A stretch of 64,000 nt of DNA from Planctomycetota bacterium (GTDB taxonomy: Bacteria > Planctomycetota > UBA8108 > SXIK01). The notes under the pieces were generated by a model. That model was not told where the DNA came from. It ran no database searches and worked only from the letters and a program-made list of their open reading frames with translations. Below, piece by piece: positions 10,301-19,258 of this stretch. The position numbers and the translations under genes were made by a program. How positions within the stretch are numbered: the stretch's first letter is position 1; every line of letters starts with the position of its first letter. The stretch is taken from the NCBI GenBank assembly GCA_965223845.1, contig CBDCXR010000004.1, forward strand, positions 1,408,001 through 1,472,000, in the 5' to 3' direction.

Positions 10301-10450
10301 ACGATCACGGGCGAGCGCATGAAGATCCGCGAGACCGGTACCGGAGTGAGACACTTTCTCGAGGTATCACCGGTCGACTTCAGCAAGATCGCGTTTTGCC
10401 GAGAGTTGACTCGCTTTCGTATCTCGAGACTGCACGGATTCCTGCCGTAA
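7394..10450 (+). CDS. Hanks-type Ser/Thr protein kinase with a TM helix and extracytoplasmic PD40/TolB-like propeller
   Basis: GSGGMGVVY, VAVK, HRDIKPSN, DFGLA, GTPRYMSPEQ, DVYSLG; TM LAGVVTLIVLAAVGGAGVI; repeated SPDG/SHDG motifs. Confidence 0.93.
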   Translation: MTDHPTEFYPEDEDEIDRLVADYVDRFNLGETLTADQIVEEHPRLAPAVITQLATFLGIDGANESTHLLREVGDFKLIRRVGSGGMGVVYEAWEESLERKVAVKLLPPGAAANGTVFRRFRREARAAGRLHHQNIVSVYAMGISQGTPYYSMEFVEGETLAGILTRLGVPGDAPQSSPPNRSAMLEIVDSFPRTAETAPADLDSASDAAIRAHFGRTVASAFAEVARGLQHAHEFGIVHRDIKPSNLILERKVSAGDSQGGLRILDFGLARLEGDESLTVDGAFLGTPRYMSPEQARAATGHEVEVDRRSDVYSLGLCLYEMLSFRHPFGRSAGPRLYRDAIEREPPSLGAVVHRDLDAIVAKCLRKDPRDRYASAEALAQDLDRFVRCQPIEAKPLPKWRRGIRRLWVARRRLAGVVTLIVLAAVGGAGVIQLLQPAGTVRTRVWEGDSLTGSTEISHDGRRLVAVDWTDGNLVVRDLETGSDWTAVTDNENWATLTHYANSPIISPDGTRICFWWEPVRDGPGELRVVDLDGEAENDAAPRRIDPGDAVYYPRDWSADGSQVLLERHVVPENRAGESTLSFGLYSASEEWRCDFEWRATAHTYVGAARLSPDGAWVFLTREEEASPGRRDLVAVHVPTKEVVPVLEGRSDDRLSDISQDGRHIVFISDRGGQSGLWTAEFEAGQLVGEPRCVEATFLGRSVGVTADGALYYSESLGGSDLLFGELDASFELRMTGVRPGSHRFRRRVFQPAWSPDGGRVAYRVGQIGRLGPWSRGPWEFMLLDVKTQVEESVQPIPPFPPVFRASGPRWLDDQTLVYLDFPQTGSASRFYEIDLESRKRRVVAEVDLRIRMHNFCVDPVRRSIWYSHPAIGTFCLPTVEDSIQNPTLDPIAISKRAGKYPRLSPNGEWLALQSDGSVLVFAADGSDDEPRDTWSLGDGDNSSHRIFSWWGNEHLVLLTEDESVSALNTITGERMKIRETGTGVRHFLEVSPVDFSKIAFCRELTRFRISRLHGFLP

Positions 10451-10470
10451 ATGGGACCGCGCGGCGGCCG

Positions 10471-11289
10471 CTACGAAGAGGTCTTCTCTTCTTCCTCCGC
10501 GGCGCCCTCGAGCTTGCGCAGGGCCAACGGTGACATTTGCCCGGCTGGCAGCAGCACGCCGGCGCTCATCGTGAAGCGCAGCGCCTCGTCGACGGAAAGG
10601 TCGAGGGGGATGATGTCCGCCTTGGGGACGACGATCGTGTAGCCGGTCACCGGCGTCGGGCTCGACGGAATGAAGATCGCGACGACAGGCGAGCCAGCCT
10701 GATTCTCGATGTCGTTGAAGCCCTCGTTCGTGACGAAGCCCACGCTGTAGACGCCGTGCCGCGGGTACTCAATGGCGACGGCCTTCCCGTAGTCCATGGG
10801 GCGGCGGCCCTCGAAGAAGAACTCCGTGACTTGTTTGGCGTAGGGGTAGATCACTTTGATGATCGGGATCCGTTGGATCCACGACTCCAGGAGCCGCAGG
10901 ATCTGCCGGCCCACGTACCCCTTGAAGATGAAGCCGATGATCAGGATCAGAACGACCGCGATAACCAGCCCGAGCCAGAAGGGCACGTGGGCCTCGACGC
11001 GAACGCTGAAGGCCAGCATGTCTTCGGGGGTCGCGGGGTACCCCGGCGGAGCGATCGGGTCCTCCGACAGCTGCCACTCCGGCAAGTTCCAGAGACCCTG
11101 CCAGTAGTACTCCTGCGCGAGCTCGGTGCGCAGGACGAAGCGGAGTCCCTCGTTGATGCGGCCCGCCACGTACTCGTTGAGCACGTTCCAGCAAAAGACG
11201 AGCACGCCGATCGTGAGGATCGTCGGGAGGAGGGCGGCCAGTCCGGCGAAGAACGCCCGCTTGTATTTTTGGCGGAGGGTTTGGGCCAT
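10471..11289 (-). CDS. DUF502-family membrane protein
   Basis: FFAGLAALLPTILT, RIPIIKVIY, VAIEYPRHG, FIPSSPTPVTGY, MSAG motifs. Confidence 0.88.
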   Translation of the reverse strand: MAQTLRQKYKRAFFAGLAALLPTILTIGVLVFCWNVLNEYVAGRINEGLRFVLRTELAQEYYWQGLWNLPEWQLSEDPIAPPGYPATPEDMLAFSVRVEAHVPFWLGLVIAVVLILIIGFIFKGYVGRQILRLLESWIQRIPIIKVIYPYAKQVTEFFFEGRRPMDYGKAVAIEYPRHGVYSVGFVTNEGFNDIENQAGSPVVAIFIPSSPTPVTGYTIVVPKADIIPLDLSVDEALRFTMSAGVLLPAGQMSPLALRKLEGAAEEEEKTSS

Positions 11290-11458
11290 TGCCTTCGTCC
11301 CGGTAGATTCGCGGATCCGGATTGTCCGAGGCGTCGCGCCTCAGGTAAAGAGAGCCGTTCCGCCAGCCCAATCATCGGTGAGGCGGGCGGGACACTGCAC
11401 GTCTAACAGCGCCCGACGGGCCGCCGGAGGCGCCCACTGTCACGAAAGTAGACGTCCG

Positions 11459-11832
11459 ATGCGTATCCTCTCCGGTCTGACAACCTTGGGATCCCTCCAC
11501 CGCGGCAACGATTACGGTGCCGTGAGGCAGCGGATCGAGATGCAGACCGAGGGCGAGAGCTATTACTTTACCGCCAGTTTCCACGCGCTCACGACCGTCC
11601 GCGAGAAGGACCAGATGCGGGGAACGTCGCCGACGTCGCCCGCGACTACCTGGCGCTCGGGCTCGACCCGGAGCAGGCGATCCGGTGGAGTAGGAACGAC
11701 GTGCCGGAGGTGTGCGAGCTGGTGTCCCGTGGGCCTCGACGGTCCGACGAGCGGGCGATCCGGTGGCTCGAGGCGAAGAGCGACGACGTCGATGCGGACA
11801 AAGCGAACGAGCTGCTCGATCGCGCCAAATCC
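11459..11832 (+). pseudogene. trpS: Degenerate tryptophanyl-tRNA synthetase fragment
   Basis: MRILSG..LGSLHRGNDYGA (decayed HIGH), ASFHALTT, then frameshift near 11620 to DYLALGLDPEQA...DVPEVCEL; most of the gene is missing. Confidence 0.75.
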
Positions 11833-11891
11833 CTTCGCGTGTATCTGCGGCGAAGCGGATTCAACGTCCAGTCACGGTTCAGTAGCAAGAA

Positions 11892-11925
11892 AAACGGACT
11901 TACGACCATGGTCGTAAGTCCGTTT
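11892..11925 (-). terminator. Perfect 34-bp palindrome, probable intrinsic terminator of tRNA-Met
   Basis: AAACGGACTTACGACCATGGTCGTAAGTCCGTTT ending in a U-rich run on the minus strand, 6 nt past the tRNA CCA. Confidence 0.75.
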
Positions 11926-11931
11926 CGTACT

Positions 11932-12008
<77 letters not shown>

Positions 12009-12199
12009 GCAGGTGTCGCACTGGCTAGTGCGAACGTCGTATCATACGCGGTTCCCGCCGCGGGTCAAGGACTCGCGCGCCGGGAACGAGCGCCGCTGGT
12101 ATCCCGCTCGGTTTATCGGTCGCGGCGCGTCGTCCCAACGTGTATGCCGGCGTTCGTCGTCCGACGACGCGGCCGTCTTCTCGTGACGCAGCGCCTCGA

Positions 12200-13090
12200 A
12201 TGACCACCGTTGCCCTCGTTCAGAAACCGGGAACGGAGCATCCCGACGTCGCGGTCGAGAGCGCCGTCCACGCGGTCCGATCGGCGGCCGAGCGCGAGGC
12301 GCAGGTCGTCGTCCTCCCCGAGCTCTTCCGCTCCCTCTACTTCCCGCAGCGCGAAGATCCTGCGCTCTTCGATCTCGCCGAGACGATTCCCGGTCCGACG
12401 ACGGAGACCCTCGGCGCGCTCGCGCGCGAGCTCGAGATCGTCATCGTCGGCTCGGTGTTCGAGCGCCGCACGGCCGGTCTCTATCACAACACGGCGGTCG
12501 TCTTCGACGCCGATGGACGGCTCGCGGGAGTCTATCGCAAGGCGCACATACCGCACGACCCCGGGTTCTACGAGAAGTACTACTTCACGCCGGGCGACAC
12601 ACCGATCCGCGCGATCGAGACGCGGTATCTCCGCATCGCGCCGCTCGTGTGCTGGGATCAATGGTTTCCGGAGGCCGCTCGGCTTGCCGCGCTCGACGGT
12701 GCCGAGCTCATCGCCTATCCGACCGCCATCGGCTGGGATTGCGACGCTCCCGAGTCGCTTCGGCGCGCGGAACGCGACGCGTGGCGCACCGTGCAGCGCG
12801 CGCACGCGATTACGAGCGGGGTCTTCGTCGCCGCCGTCAATCGCGTGGGGCGCGAACAGTCGCTCGAGTTTTGGGGGAGCTCTTTCGTCGCGGATCCCTT
12901 CGGCCGAGTGATCGCCGAGGCGGGCACGGACGCTGAGACGATCCTGATCGCGAACTGCGACCGAAGAGAGATCGAGGCGACACGGCGGACGTGGCCGTTT
13001 CTGCGCGATCGTCGCCCCGATCTCTACGGCTCGCTCACGCTACGATTCGGCGCGGACGAGTCGGAGGCTCGCAACGACACCGATGCCTGA
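12200..13090 (+). CDS. aguB: N-carbamoylputrescine amidase (carbon-nitrogen hydrolase)
   Basis: Nitrilase triad motifs LPELF, YRKAHIP..PGFYEKYYF, CWDQWFPE; adjacent to agmatine deiminase. Confidence 0.88.
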   Translation: MTTVALVQKPGTEHPDVAVESAVHAVRSAAEREAQVVVLPELFRSLYFPQREDPALFDLAETIPGPTTETLGALARELEIVIVGSVFERRTAGLYHNTAVVFDADGRLAGVYRKAHIPHDPGFYEKYYFTPGDTPIRAIETRYLRIAPLVCWDQWFPEAARLAALDGAELIAYPTAIGWDCDAPESLRRAERDAWRTVQRAHAITSGVFVAAVNRVGREQSLEFWGSSFVADPFGRVIAEAGTDAETILIANCDRREIEATRRTWPFLRDRRPDLYGSLTLRFGADESEARNDTDA

Positions 13091-14177
13091 AGTCCAACCG
13101 CTGTCCGCGGCCGAGTGGGGGCGAGGATCGGTTCGCATGCCCGCGGAGTGGGAGCCCCACGACGCGACTTGGCTCGCATGGCCTCACTCGTCGGAGACTT
13201 GGCAGCACCTGCTCCCTCGCGTCACCCGGGTGTGGGTGGAGATCGCCCGCGAGCTTCGCGCCGGTGAGCTCGTCCGTCTCCTCGTTCCGGACGAACCGAC
13301 CGCCGAGTCGGTCTCCGGTGCATTCGGCGGGGACCTCGACGGAATCGAGCTGGTGAAGATTCCGACGAACGACACTTGGATCCGCGACTACGGGCCGACG
13401 TTTGTCGCGTGGACAGAGAACGGCACGCGGGCTCCTCGGCTCGCAGGGTCGAGGTGGAACTACAACTGCTGGGGTGAGAAGTACCCTCCGTGGGAGGACG
13501 ACGCTCGCGCCGCCGGAGCCATCTGCGCTCTGATCGGTGCGCCCTCCGTCCGCGCGCGCCGAACTCTCGAAGGCGGTGCCTTGGAGGTCGACGGCGAAGG
13601 AACTCTCCTCACGACGCGCAGCTGCGCGCTCCACTTGAATCGCAATCCGAGCTCGACGGCGAGCGATCTCGAAGCCGAGTTCGAACGCCTCCTCGGGGTC
13701 GAACGAACGATCTGGCTCGGCGGCGAGCTCGAGGGAGACGACACCGACGGACACGTCGACAACCTCGCGCGCTTCGTTCGTCCCGGAACGGCCGTCTTCG
13801 TCGCGGGCGGCGGCGCTTCCGCGGAGGATCGAGCCCGACTCCTCCCACTCGAGGAAGATCTTCGCTGCGCGCGCGACGCGCGAGGCCGGGTCATCGACCT
13901 CGTTCCGCTCCCGCTCCCGCGTCCGGTCGTACACGGCGCGCTTCGAGCTCCTGCGAGCTACGCCAATTTCTACATCGGAAACGAGGTCGTCCTCGTTCCG
14001 ACGTACCGATCGCCCGCGGATGACCGCGCTCTCGGGATCCTCTGCGACCTCTTCCCGGACCGCCGCGTCGTCGGTATCGACGCCTTCGATCTCGTGTTCG
14101 GTCAGGGGTCGATCCACTGCATCACACAGCAGCAGCCCCGGATGGCGCCGCACTCGCCCGCCGGATCCGACTCCTAG
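13083..14177 (+). CDS. aguA: Agmatine deiminase / peptidylarginine deiminase family
   Basis: MPAEWEPH, WIRDYGP, EGGA, DDTDGHVDN, ASYANFY, GSIHCITQQQP. Confidence 0.92.
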   Translation: MPEVQPLSAAEWGRGSVRMPAEWEPHDATWLAWPHSSETWQHLLPRVTRVWVEIARELRAGELVRLLVPDEPTAESVSGAFGGDLDGIELVKIPTNDTWIRDYGPTFVAWTENGTRAPRLAGSRWNYNCWGEKYPPWEDDARAAGAICALIGAPSVRARRTLEGGALEVDGEGTLLTTRSCALHLNRNPSSTASDLEAEFERLLGVERTIWLGGELEGDDTDGHVDNLARFVRPGTAVFVAGGGASAEDRARLLPLEEDLRCARDARGRVIDLVPLPLPRPVVHGALRAPASYANFYIGNEVVLVPTYRSPADDRALGILCDLFPDRRVVGIDAFDLVFGQGSIHCITQQQPRMAPHSPAGSDS

Positions 14178-14382
14178 CCCGAAGGAGCGAACCGCCGGGA
14201 GGCGCCTGCGGCGAACGGTCGCAGTCTCCGCTCGGGCGTCCGCCGTCGGCGGACTGCCCGTGACTCGAAAAGGGACTTTTCGGGCTGCGCGAGAGTCCCT
14301 ATACTCGCGCTCTTTCTCGGACGGGCGCGCGTCGCGCGATCGGGCGCGCCGTGCCAACGACGCAGATCAGGAAGGCGACCGG

Positions 14383-14589
14383 ATGGCCGGAGACACGAAA
14401 GCTCCCGAACGCTACGAGCTCGAAGAGCTCTTTCCCGAAGAAGCACCCGAGACGCTCCACTTCCTCAAGGTCGGCGGAGGCGTAGTCGTGGTGCTTCTCA
14501 TCGTGCTCGCGCTCGGCTACTCGCTCCTCTGGGTCGACTGGGGGACTGGAGAGGCGGCGGAAGAAACGGCGGCGAGCGCGACCGAGTAG
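14383..14589 (+). CDS. Small single-pass membrane protein (68 aa)
   Basis: GAAGG RBS; TM VGGGVVVVLLIVLALGYSLLW; genome-typical codon usage. Confidence 0.6.
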   Translation: MAGDTKAPERYELEELFPEEAPETLHFLKVGGGVVVVLLIVLALGYSLLWVDWGTGEAAEETAASATE

Positions 14590-14635
14590 CGCGGGAGGGC
14601 ACCCGCGAGAACGACCGATCCGACGGAGGACAAGC

Positions 14636-14767
14636 GTGTCGAGTCAGTACAAGGAATTCGCGAAGGGTACCGGGATTATCGTGGGCGTCATCATTCTGTG
14701 GCTCGCGTGGTTCGTCCTCTTCATCGTCGGCAAGAGCTTCTTCGGCGACGGCGGGGCCGACATCTAA
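14636..14767 (+). CDS. Small single-pass membrane protein (43 aa, below the ORF-track cutoff)
   Basis: GGAGGA RBS, GTG start, MSSQYKEFAKGTGIIVGVIILWLAWFVLFIVGKSFFGDGGADI*. Confidence 0.65.
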   Translation: MSSQYKEFAKGTGIIVGVIILWLAWFVLFIVGKSFFGDGGADI

Positions 14768-14793
14768 AGTCGATTCCTCGGGTGGCTCCGAAC

Positions 14794-15198
14794 ATGTCCA
14801 TTCGCGAGCTCGTCTTCCTCGGCGCGGCGCCCGGCGCGGCGGCCGAGGTGATCGTCTGCGAAGGCACGCCACTCAAGCCCGGTGACCGGCAGCAGCTCGT
14901 CCAGCGGCGATCGGCGTGGCCGGAGACTCGCGATCACGTGCGCATCATCGTCGGCACGCACCGCGAACGCGCCGATCTCCTCCTCGGCGGGCCGGGTCTC
15001 CGAGCGGAAAACCTCCGCTTCTACATTCCCCGCGAAGGTTCGGGTCCGACCGACCTCAAGGTGATCCACGAGGAGTCGACCCGAGTCGACGGGAAGCGGA
15101 TCGCCCCCGACGAGTGGGTCACGCTCGAAGGCGGCGAGGAGATCGAGCTCGCCGGCTGGCGGTGGCGGTTCGAAATGAGTGATCGCGGGGAGCGATAG
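14794..15198 (+). CDS. Degenerate FHA-like domain protein
   Basis: IIVGT...DLLLGGPGL...TRVDGKRI...LEGGEEIELAGWRWRFE matches the FHA beta-sandwich pattern. Confidence 0.55.
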   Translation: MSIRELVFLGAAPGAAAEVIVCEGTPLKPGDRQQLVQRRSAWPETRDHVRIIVGTHRERADLLLGGPGLRAENLRFYIPREGSGPTDLKVIHEESTRVDGKRIAPDEWVTLEGGEEIELAGWRWRFEMSDRGER

Positions 15199-15252
15199 TT
15201 CATACTCGCAAACCGTCCCCGGGAAGGTCGAAGCCTGCTTGGGGCGTCCGGC

Positions 15253-15395
15253 CCGTCCCCGATCCCGAGTCCCGTTCCCGACGACGGAGTCGGAAGCCTC
15301 CGGCCGTTCGTCCATCGACACCCGGCGACCGAAGTCGACGCGCGGCGGTGAGAAGAACGATGAGGAAGCTGGTCGGGATCGGGGGCGGGGTCCGG
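15253..15395. repeat. Intergenic element with inverted CCCGxx / xxCGGG hexamer runs
   Basis: CCCGTCCCCGATCCCGAGTCCCGTTCCCGA at left, TCGGGATCGGGGGCGGGG at right, between convergent genes. Confidence 0.45.
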
Positions 15396-15412
15396 AAAGC
15401 GTCGTCCGATCC

Positions 15413-15820
15413 TCAGTGCGTGATGACGCGCGGCAACTCCTTCGCCTGCGCCACCCAATCGGAGACTTGACTCTCCGACGGTAGGCTGCGGACGAGGTTC
15501 TTCTCCGCGTTCACCTCGGTCATCTTCGCGTGAAGGTTCTCCGGCTTCCGCTGCGCGAGTTCGGGAACCGTGTCGACGCCGGCGCACTCGAGGAGATCGG
15601 CGTACTCTTCACCGATTCCCTTGACGCGCGCGAGGTCCGCGCGATTGACCCAGCCGAGGATTCGCTTCTCGCTGAGTCCGGACGCCTCCGCCATCTCGGT
15701 TCGGCCCTTCTTCGTCGAGCCTTTGTCGAGCAATTCGGACTGATTTCCGATGCCGCACTCGCGCAACTTCCCGGCGTAGGTTGCGCCGATTCCTTCGATC
15801 TCTTCTAGCTTTTTGCTCAT
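15413..15820 (-). CDS. DUF4332-family helix-hairpin-helix protein
   Basis: IEGIG, WVNRADLARVKGIGEEYADLLE.AGVDTVPELAQR. Confidence 0.88.
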   Translation of the reverse strand: MSKKLEEIEGIGATYAGKLRECGIGNQSELLDKGSTKKGRTEMAEASGLSEKRILGWVNRADLARVKGIGEEYADLLECAGVDTVPELAQRKPENLHAKMTEVNAEKNLVRSLPSESQVSDWVAQAKELPRVITH

Positions 15821-16012
15821 CCGCGGATCCTTTCTCTAATCCGTACCCGCCCCTCGAATCCGGACGGACTGGGCGAGGGGTGAACTCAGCGCGCGTGAGA
15901 CGGGCCGAGTCCGATCAAACGCTCCGATCGATACACGAACTCGATCGTTCGTGAACGATAGCGAGGATTGCTCACGGGTTCTATCGGGAATCCCCCGAGC
16001 GGACGCCGCGCG

Positions 16013-18259
16013 TCAGGACTTCGCGCGCTTCAGCATCAACGCGCTGAGCGGCGGAATGTTGAGCGAGAGCGACTGCGGTCGCTCGTGACTGGGCACGTCC
16101 TCGGAGTGTACGCCGCCGGAGTTCCCTTGATTGCTCCCGCCGTAATGCTCGGAGTCGCTGTTGATCAGCTCGCGGTAGAATCCCGGCGTCGGCACACCGA
16201 GGCGGTAGTCGCGCCAGAATTCGGGCGTGAAGTTGAGGACGACAACGACCTCGTCCTCGGGGCGGCGGCCCTTTCGCACGAACGCGATCACGCTCTTCTC
16301 CCAGTCGCGGAAGTCGAGCCACTCGAAGCCGTCCCATTCGAAGTCGATGGCGTGAAGCGCGGGTTCTTCACAGTAGACCCGATTGAGATCGCGCAGGAAC
16401 TGCTGGACGCCGCGGTGCCAGCCGGTCTCGAGGAGATGCCAGTCGAGCGCCTGATCGCACGTCCACTCCCGCCCCTGGCCGAACTCGGAACCCATGAAGA
16501 GCAGTTTCTTTCCGGGAAAGGCGTACTGAAACCCGTAGAGCGCTCGCAGGTTCGAGAACTTTTGCCACGCGTCGCCCGGCATCTTATCGAGGAGCGAACA
16601 CTTCCCGTGCACGACTTCGTCGTGGGACAGCGGGAGGAGAAAGTTCTCCGTGTACGCGTAGAGCATCCCGAACGTGAGGTTGTTGTGATGCCACTTCCGA
16701 TAGACGGGATCGCGCGAGAAGTAGTAGAGGATGTCGTTCATCCACCCCATGTTCCACTTGAGGCTGAACCCCAGCCCGCCGACGTAGGTCGGGCGTGAGA
16801 CGCCCGTCCAGGCGGTCGACTCTTCCGCGATCGTGAGCACGCCGGGATGCTCGCGGTGGCAAATCTCGTTGAAGCGACGAAGAAAATCGATCGCGGCGAG
16901 ATTCTCGCGGCCGCCGTGCTCGTTCGGAATCCAGTCATCCTCTTCGCGCGAGTAGTCGAGGTAGAGCATCGACGCGACGGCGTCGACGCGGATCCCGTCG
17001 AGGTGGTACTTCTCGAGCCAGAAGAGAGCATTTCCGATGAGGAAATTGCGCACCTCGTTTCGCCCGTAGTTGAAGATCAGCGTTCCCCAATCCCGATGCT
17101 CGCCTTGCCTCGGATCTTCGTGCTCGTAGAGGCACGTGCCGTCGAACTGCCGGAGGCCGTGGTCGTCGCGCGGGAAGTGGGCGGGAACCCAGTCGAGGAG
17201 AACACCGATCTCCGCTCGGTGACAGGCATCGACGAAGGCCGCGAACTCGGCCGGCGTTCCGAACCGGCTCGTCGGCGCGAAGTACCCGAGCGGCTGGTAT
17301 CCCCAGGAACCGTCGAAGGGATGCTCTTGGATGGGAAGGAGCTCGATGTGCGTGAAGCCCATCTCCTTCACGTACGGAATCAGTCCTTCGGCGAGCTCGG
17401 CGTAAGTGAGATAGCGACCATCCTCGCCGCGCTGCCACGAGCCGAGGTGCACTTCATAGATCGAGATCGGGGCGTCGAGCGCCTGACGGCGCGCGCGCGT
17501 CTCCCCCATCCACTCGTCATCCGTCCACTGAAAGTGGTCTGTGTCGCGGACGACGCTCGCCGTCTCGGGCCGAAGCTGGCTGCCGAATGCGTAGGGATCG
17601 CTCTTCAGGAACACGCGTTCACCGACGCGTGAGCGGATCTCGAACTTGTAGAGCTGTCCTTCACCGATCTCCGGAACGAAGATCTCCCAGATTCCCGACG
17701 CGCCGAGAGCGCGCATGGGATGGCGCCGTCCGTCCCATTGATTGAACTCGCCGACGACGCTGACTCGCTCGGCGTTCGGAGCCCAGACCGCGAAGTGAAC
17801 GCCGCTCACGCCATCGAGCTCGATCGTGTGCGCACCGAGCTTGTCGAAGCTCCGGTGATGCTCCCCTTCGCCGAGTAGATGGAGGTCGAAGTCCGTGAGG
17901 ACGCGGCCGAAGCGAAACGCGTCCTCGCCATCCCACGCGTGGCCGCTCTCGTCCTCTACTCGCAGGCGGTACCGAAAGTCCGTGCCGACCGGCCCGATCG
18001 TGGCCTCGAAGAATCCGGCGTCGTGGCGGCGTTTCAGCTCTTCAACGCCCTTCGGATCGGATGTGGGGAAGATCCACACGCGCTTCGCGCTCGGAACGAA
18101 GACTCGAATCGAGAGTCGCGTTTCGCCGTCGCTTTCGACGGGATGAGGACCGAGGATCCCGAAGGGGTCGTGACTGCGTCCCTCGACGAGAGCGCGGATC
18201 GCGTCCTCGTCGACGCCCGTGCGCTGCGAAGGGACGATCTTTTCGGATGAGTGGCTCAT
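16013..18259 (-). CDS. glgB: 1,4-alpha-glucan branching enzyme
   Basis: FAVWAPNA, IYEVHLGSW, SWGYQ, DGIRVDAVASM, AEEST, LSHDEVVHGK. Confidence 0.98.
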   Translation of the reverse strand: MSHSSEKIVPSQRTGVDEDAIRALVEGRSHDPFGILGPHPVESDGETRLSIRVFVPSAKRVWIFPTSDPKGVEELKRRHDAGFFEATIGPVGTDFRYRLRVEDESGHAWDGEDAFRFGRVLTDFDLHLLGEGEHHRSFDKLGAHTIELDGVSGVHFAVWAPNAERVSVVGEFNQWDGRRHPMRALGASGIWEIFVPEIGEGQLYKFEIRSRVGERVFLKSDPYAFGSQLRPETASVVRDTDHFQWTDDEWMGETRARRQALDAPISIYEVHLGSWQRGEDGRYLTYAELAEGLIPYVKEMGFTHIELLPIQEHPFDGSWGYQPLGYFAPTSRFGTPAEFAAFVDACHRAEIGVLLDWVPAHFPRDDHGLRQFDGTCLYEHEDPRQGEHRDWGTLIFNYGRNEVRNFLIGNALFWLEKYHLDGIRVDAVASMLYLDYSREEDDWIPNEHGGRENLAAIDFLRRFNEICHREHPGVLTIAEESTAWTGVSRPTYVGGLGFSLKWNMGWMNDILYYFSRDPVYRKWHHNNLTFGMLYAYTENFLLPLSHDEVVHGKCSLLDKMPGDAWQKFSNLRALYGFQYAFPGKKLLFMGSEFGQGREWTCDQALDWHLLETGWHRGVQQFLRDLNRVYCEEPALHAIDFEWDGFEWLDFRDWEKSVIAFVRKGRRPEDEVVVVLNFTPEFWRDYRLGVPTPGFYRELINSDSEHYGGSNQGNSGGVHSEDVPSHERPQSLSLNIPPLSALMLKRAKS

Positions 18260-18488
18260 AAAGGAAAAACCGGCGTGCGGGCAAACTTCTTGCGAGAAGA
18301 ACGAGCATTATATCGGAAGCGCCTCCGCACATCTTTGACGGGATTCGCCTTCGCCGGGCGAACTCGCATTCTCGGCCCTTGACCGGTACTGCTCGACCGG
18401 CCGCGAGAGCGCGACTGGGGTATTCTTCGATGGTTCGTACTCACTTCCGCGCCATCGATCCGCCGCGTCCGCTCTGGAGCTCTGACCC

Positions 18489-19109
18489 ATGCCGCTCGGA
18501 TCCGTGCTCACTGCGACCCCGAAAATGTGGACGATCGGCGGTCGCTTCCACACTCGCGCACACGTTCTCCTCCGCGCCGCGACGCTGTTCTCCTACGATC
18601 GGACGGTGACCGTCGATCGAGCCGCGCGCACCGTCACCCTCCGCACCCAGCAGCTTTGGGCTTGGAAGAACGAGCGCGAGGTCTCGTTTCGCGACGTGTC
18701 CCACGTCGATCTCAGGCATCGGAGTCTCGAGCTCGGGGGGAGGCACGACACGTTCGAGTGCTACGAACAGTTCACCGTGTCGCTCGTCATCAAGCCCTGC
18801 ACGAACGTCCCTCTGTTCTCGTTCCGCTCGGATCTTCTTCTCACCCGCGAGATCGGGATGCTCGACCTCGCGGTTTCCTTCGGCGACGACCGCCACGAAG
18901 ATGCGGCGCAGGCATTCGCGGCACGCCTCGCGGAGTGGATCGGAGTCTCTCTCGGCCCCCCGGTGAAGCACTACGCGACCGACGACGGGACGCGCTACTT
19001 CTGCGCGGACTGCGGCCGAGCCTCGGGGCCCGGTCGAGCGAACTGTCTCTACTGCGGCGGCGAGCTCGAGGCCGTCGTCGCCGTTCCCGAGACTGCGCGC
19101 GACGGCTGA
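18489..19109 (+). CDS. Hypothetical protein with C-terminal zinc ribbon
   Basis: CADC-x10-CLYC at the C-terminus; good codon usage; start uncertain. Confidence 0.6.
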   Translation: MPLGSVLTATPKMWTIGGRFHTRAHVLLRAATLFSYDRTVTVDRAARTVTLRTQQLWAWKNEREVSFRDVSHVDLRHRSLELGGRHDTFECYEQFTVSLVIKPCTNVPLFSFRSDLLLTREIGMLDLAVSFGDDRHEDAAQAFAARLAEWIGVSLGPPVKHYATDDGTRYFCADCGRASGPGRANCLYCGGELEAVVAVPETARDG

Positions 19110-19258
19110 GGGCGTTCGGACGCCCCGAGGCGCTCTTGCGACCCGGGCGACGATTTGGAGGATAGGGCGCGAGGGGTGGCTCGCCGCGTGACGCTCGCGA
19201 GCCAGCCCCGCCGGCTTGCTTCGCCCGCTCTCGACTCCTCTCTCCGGAACTCACCGCG

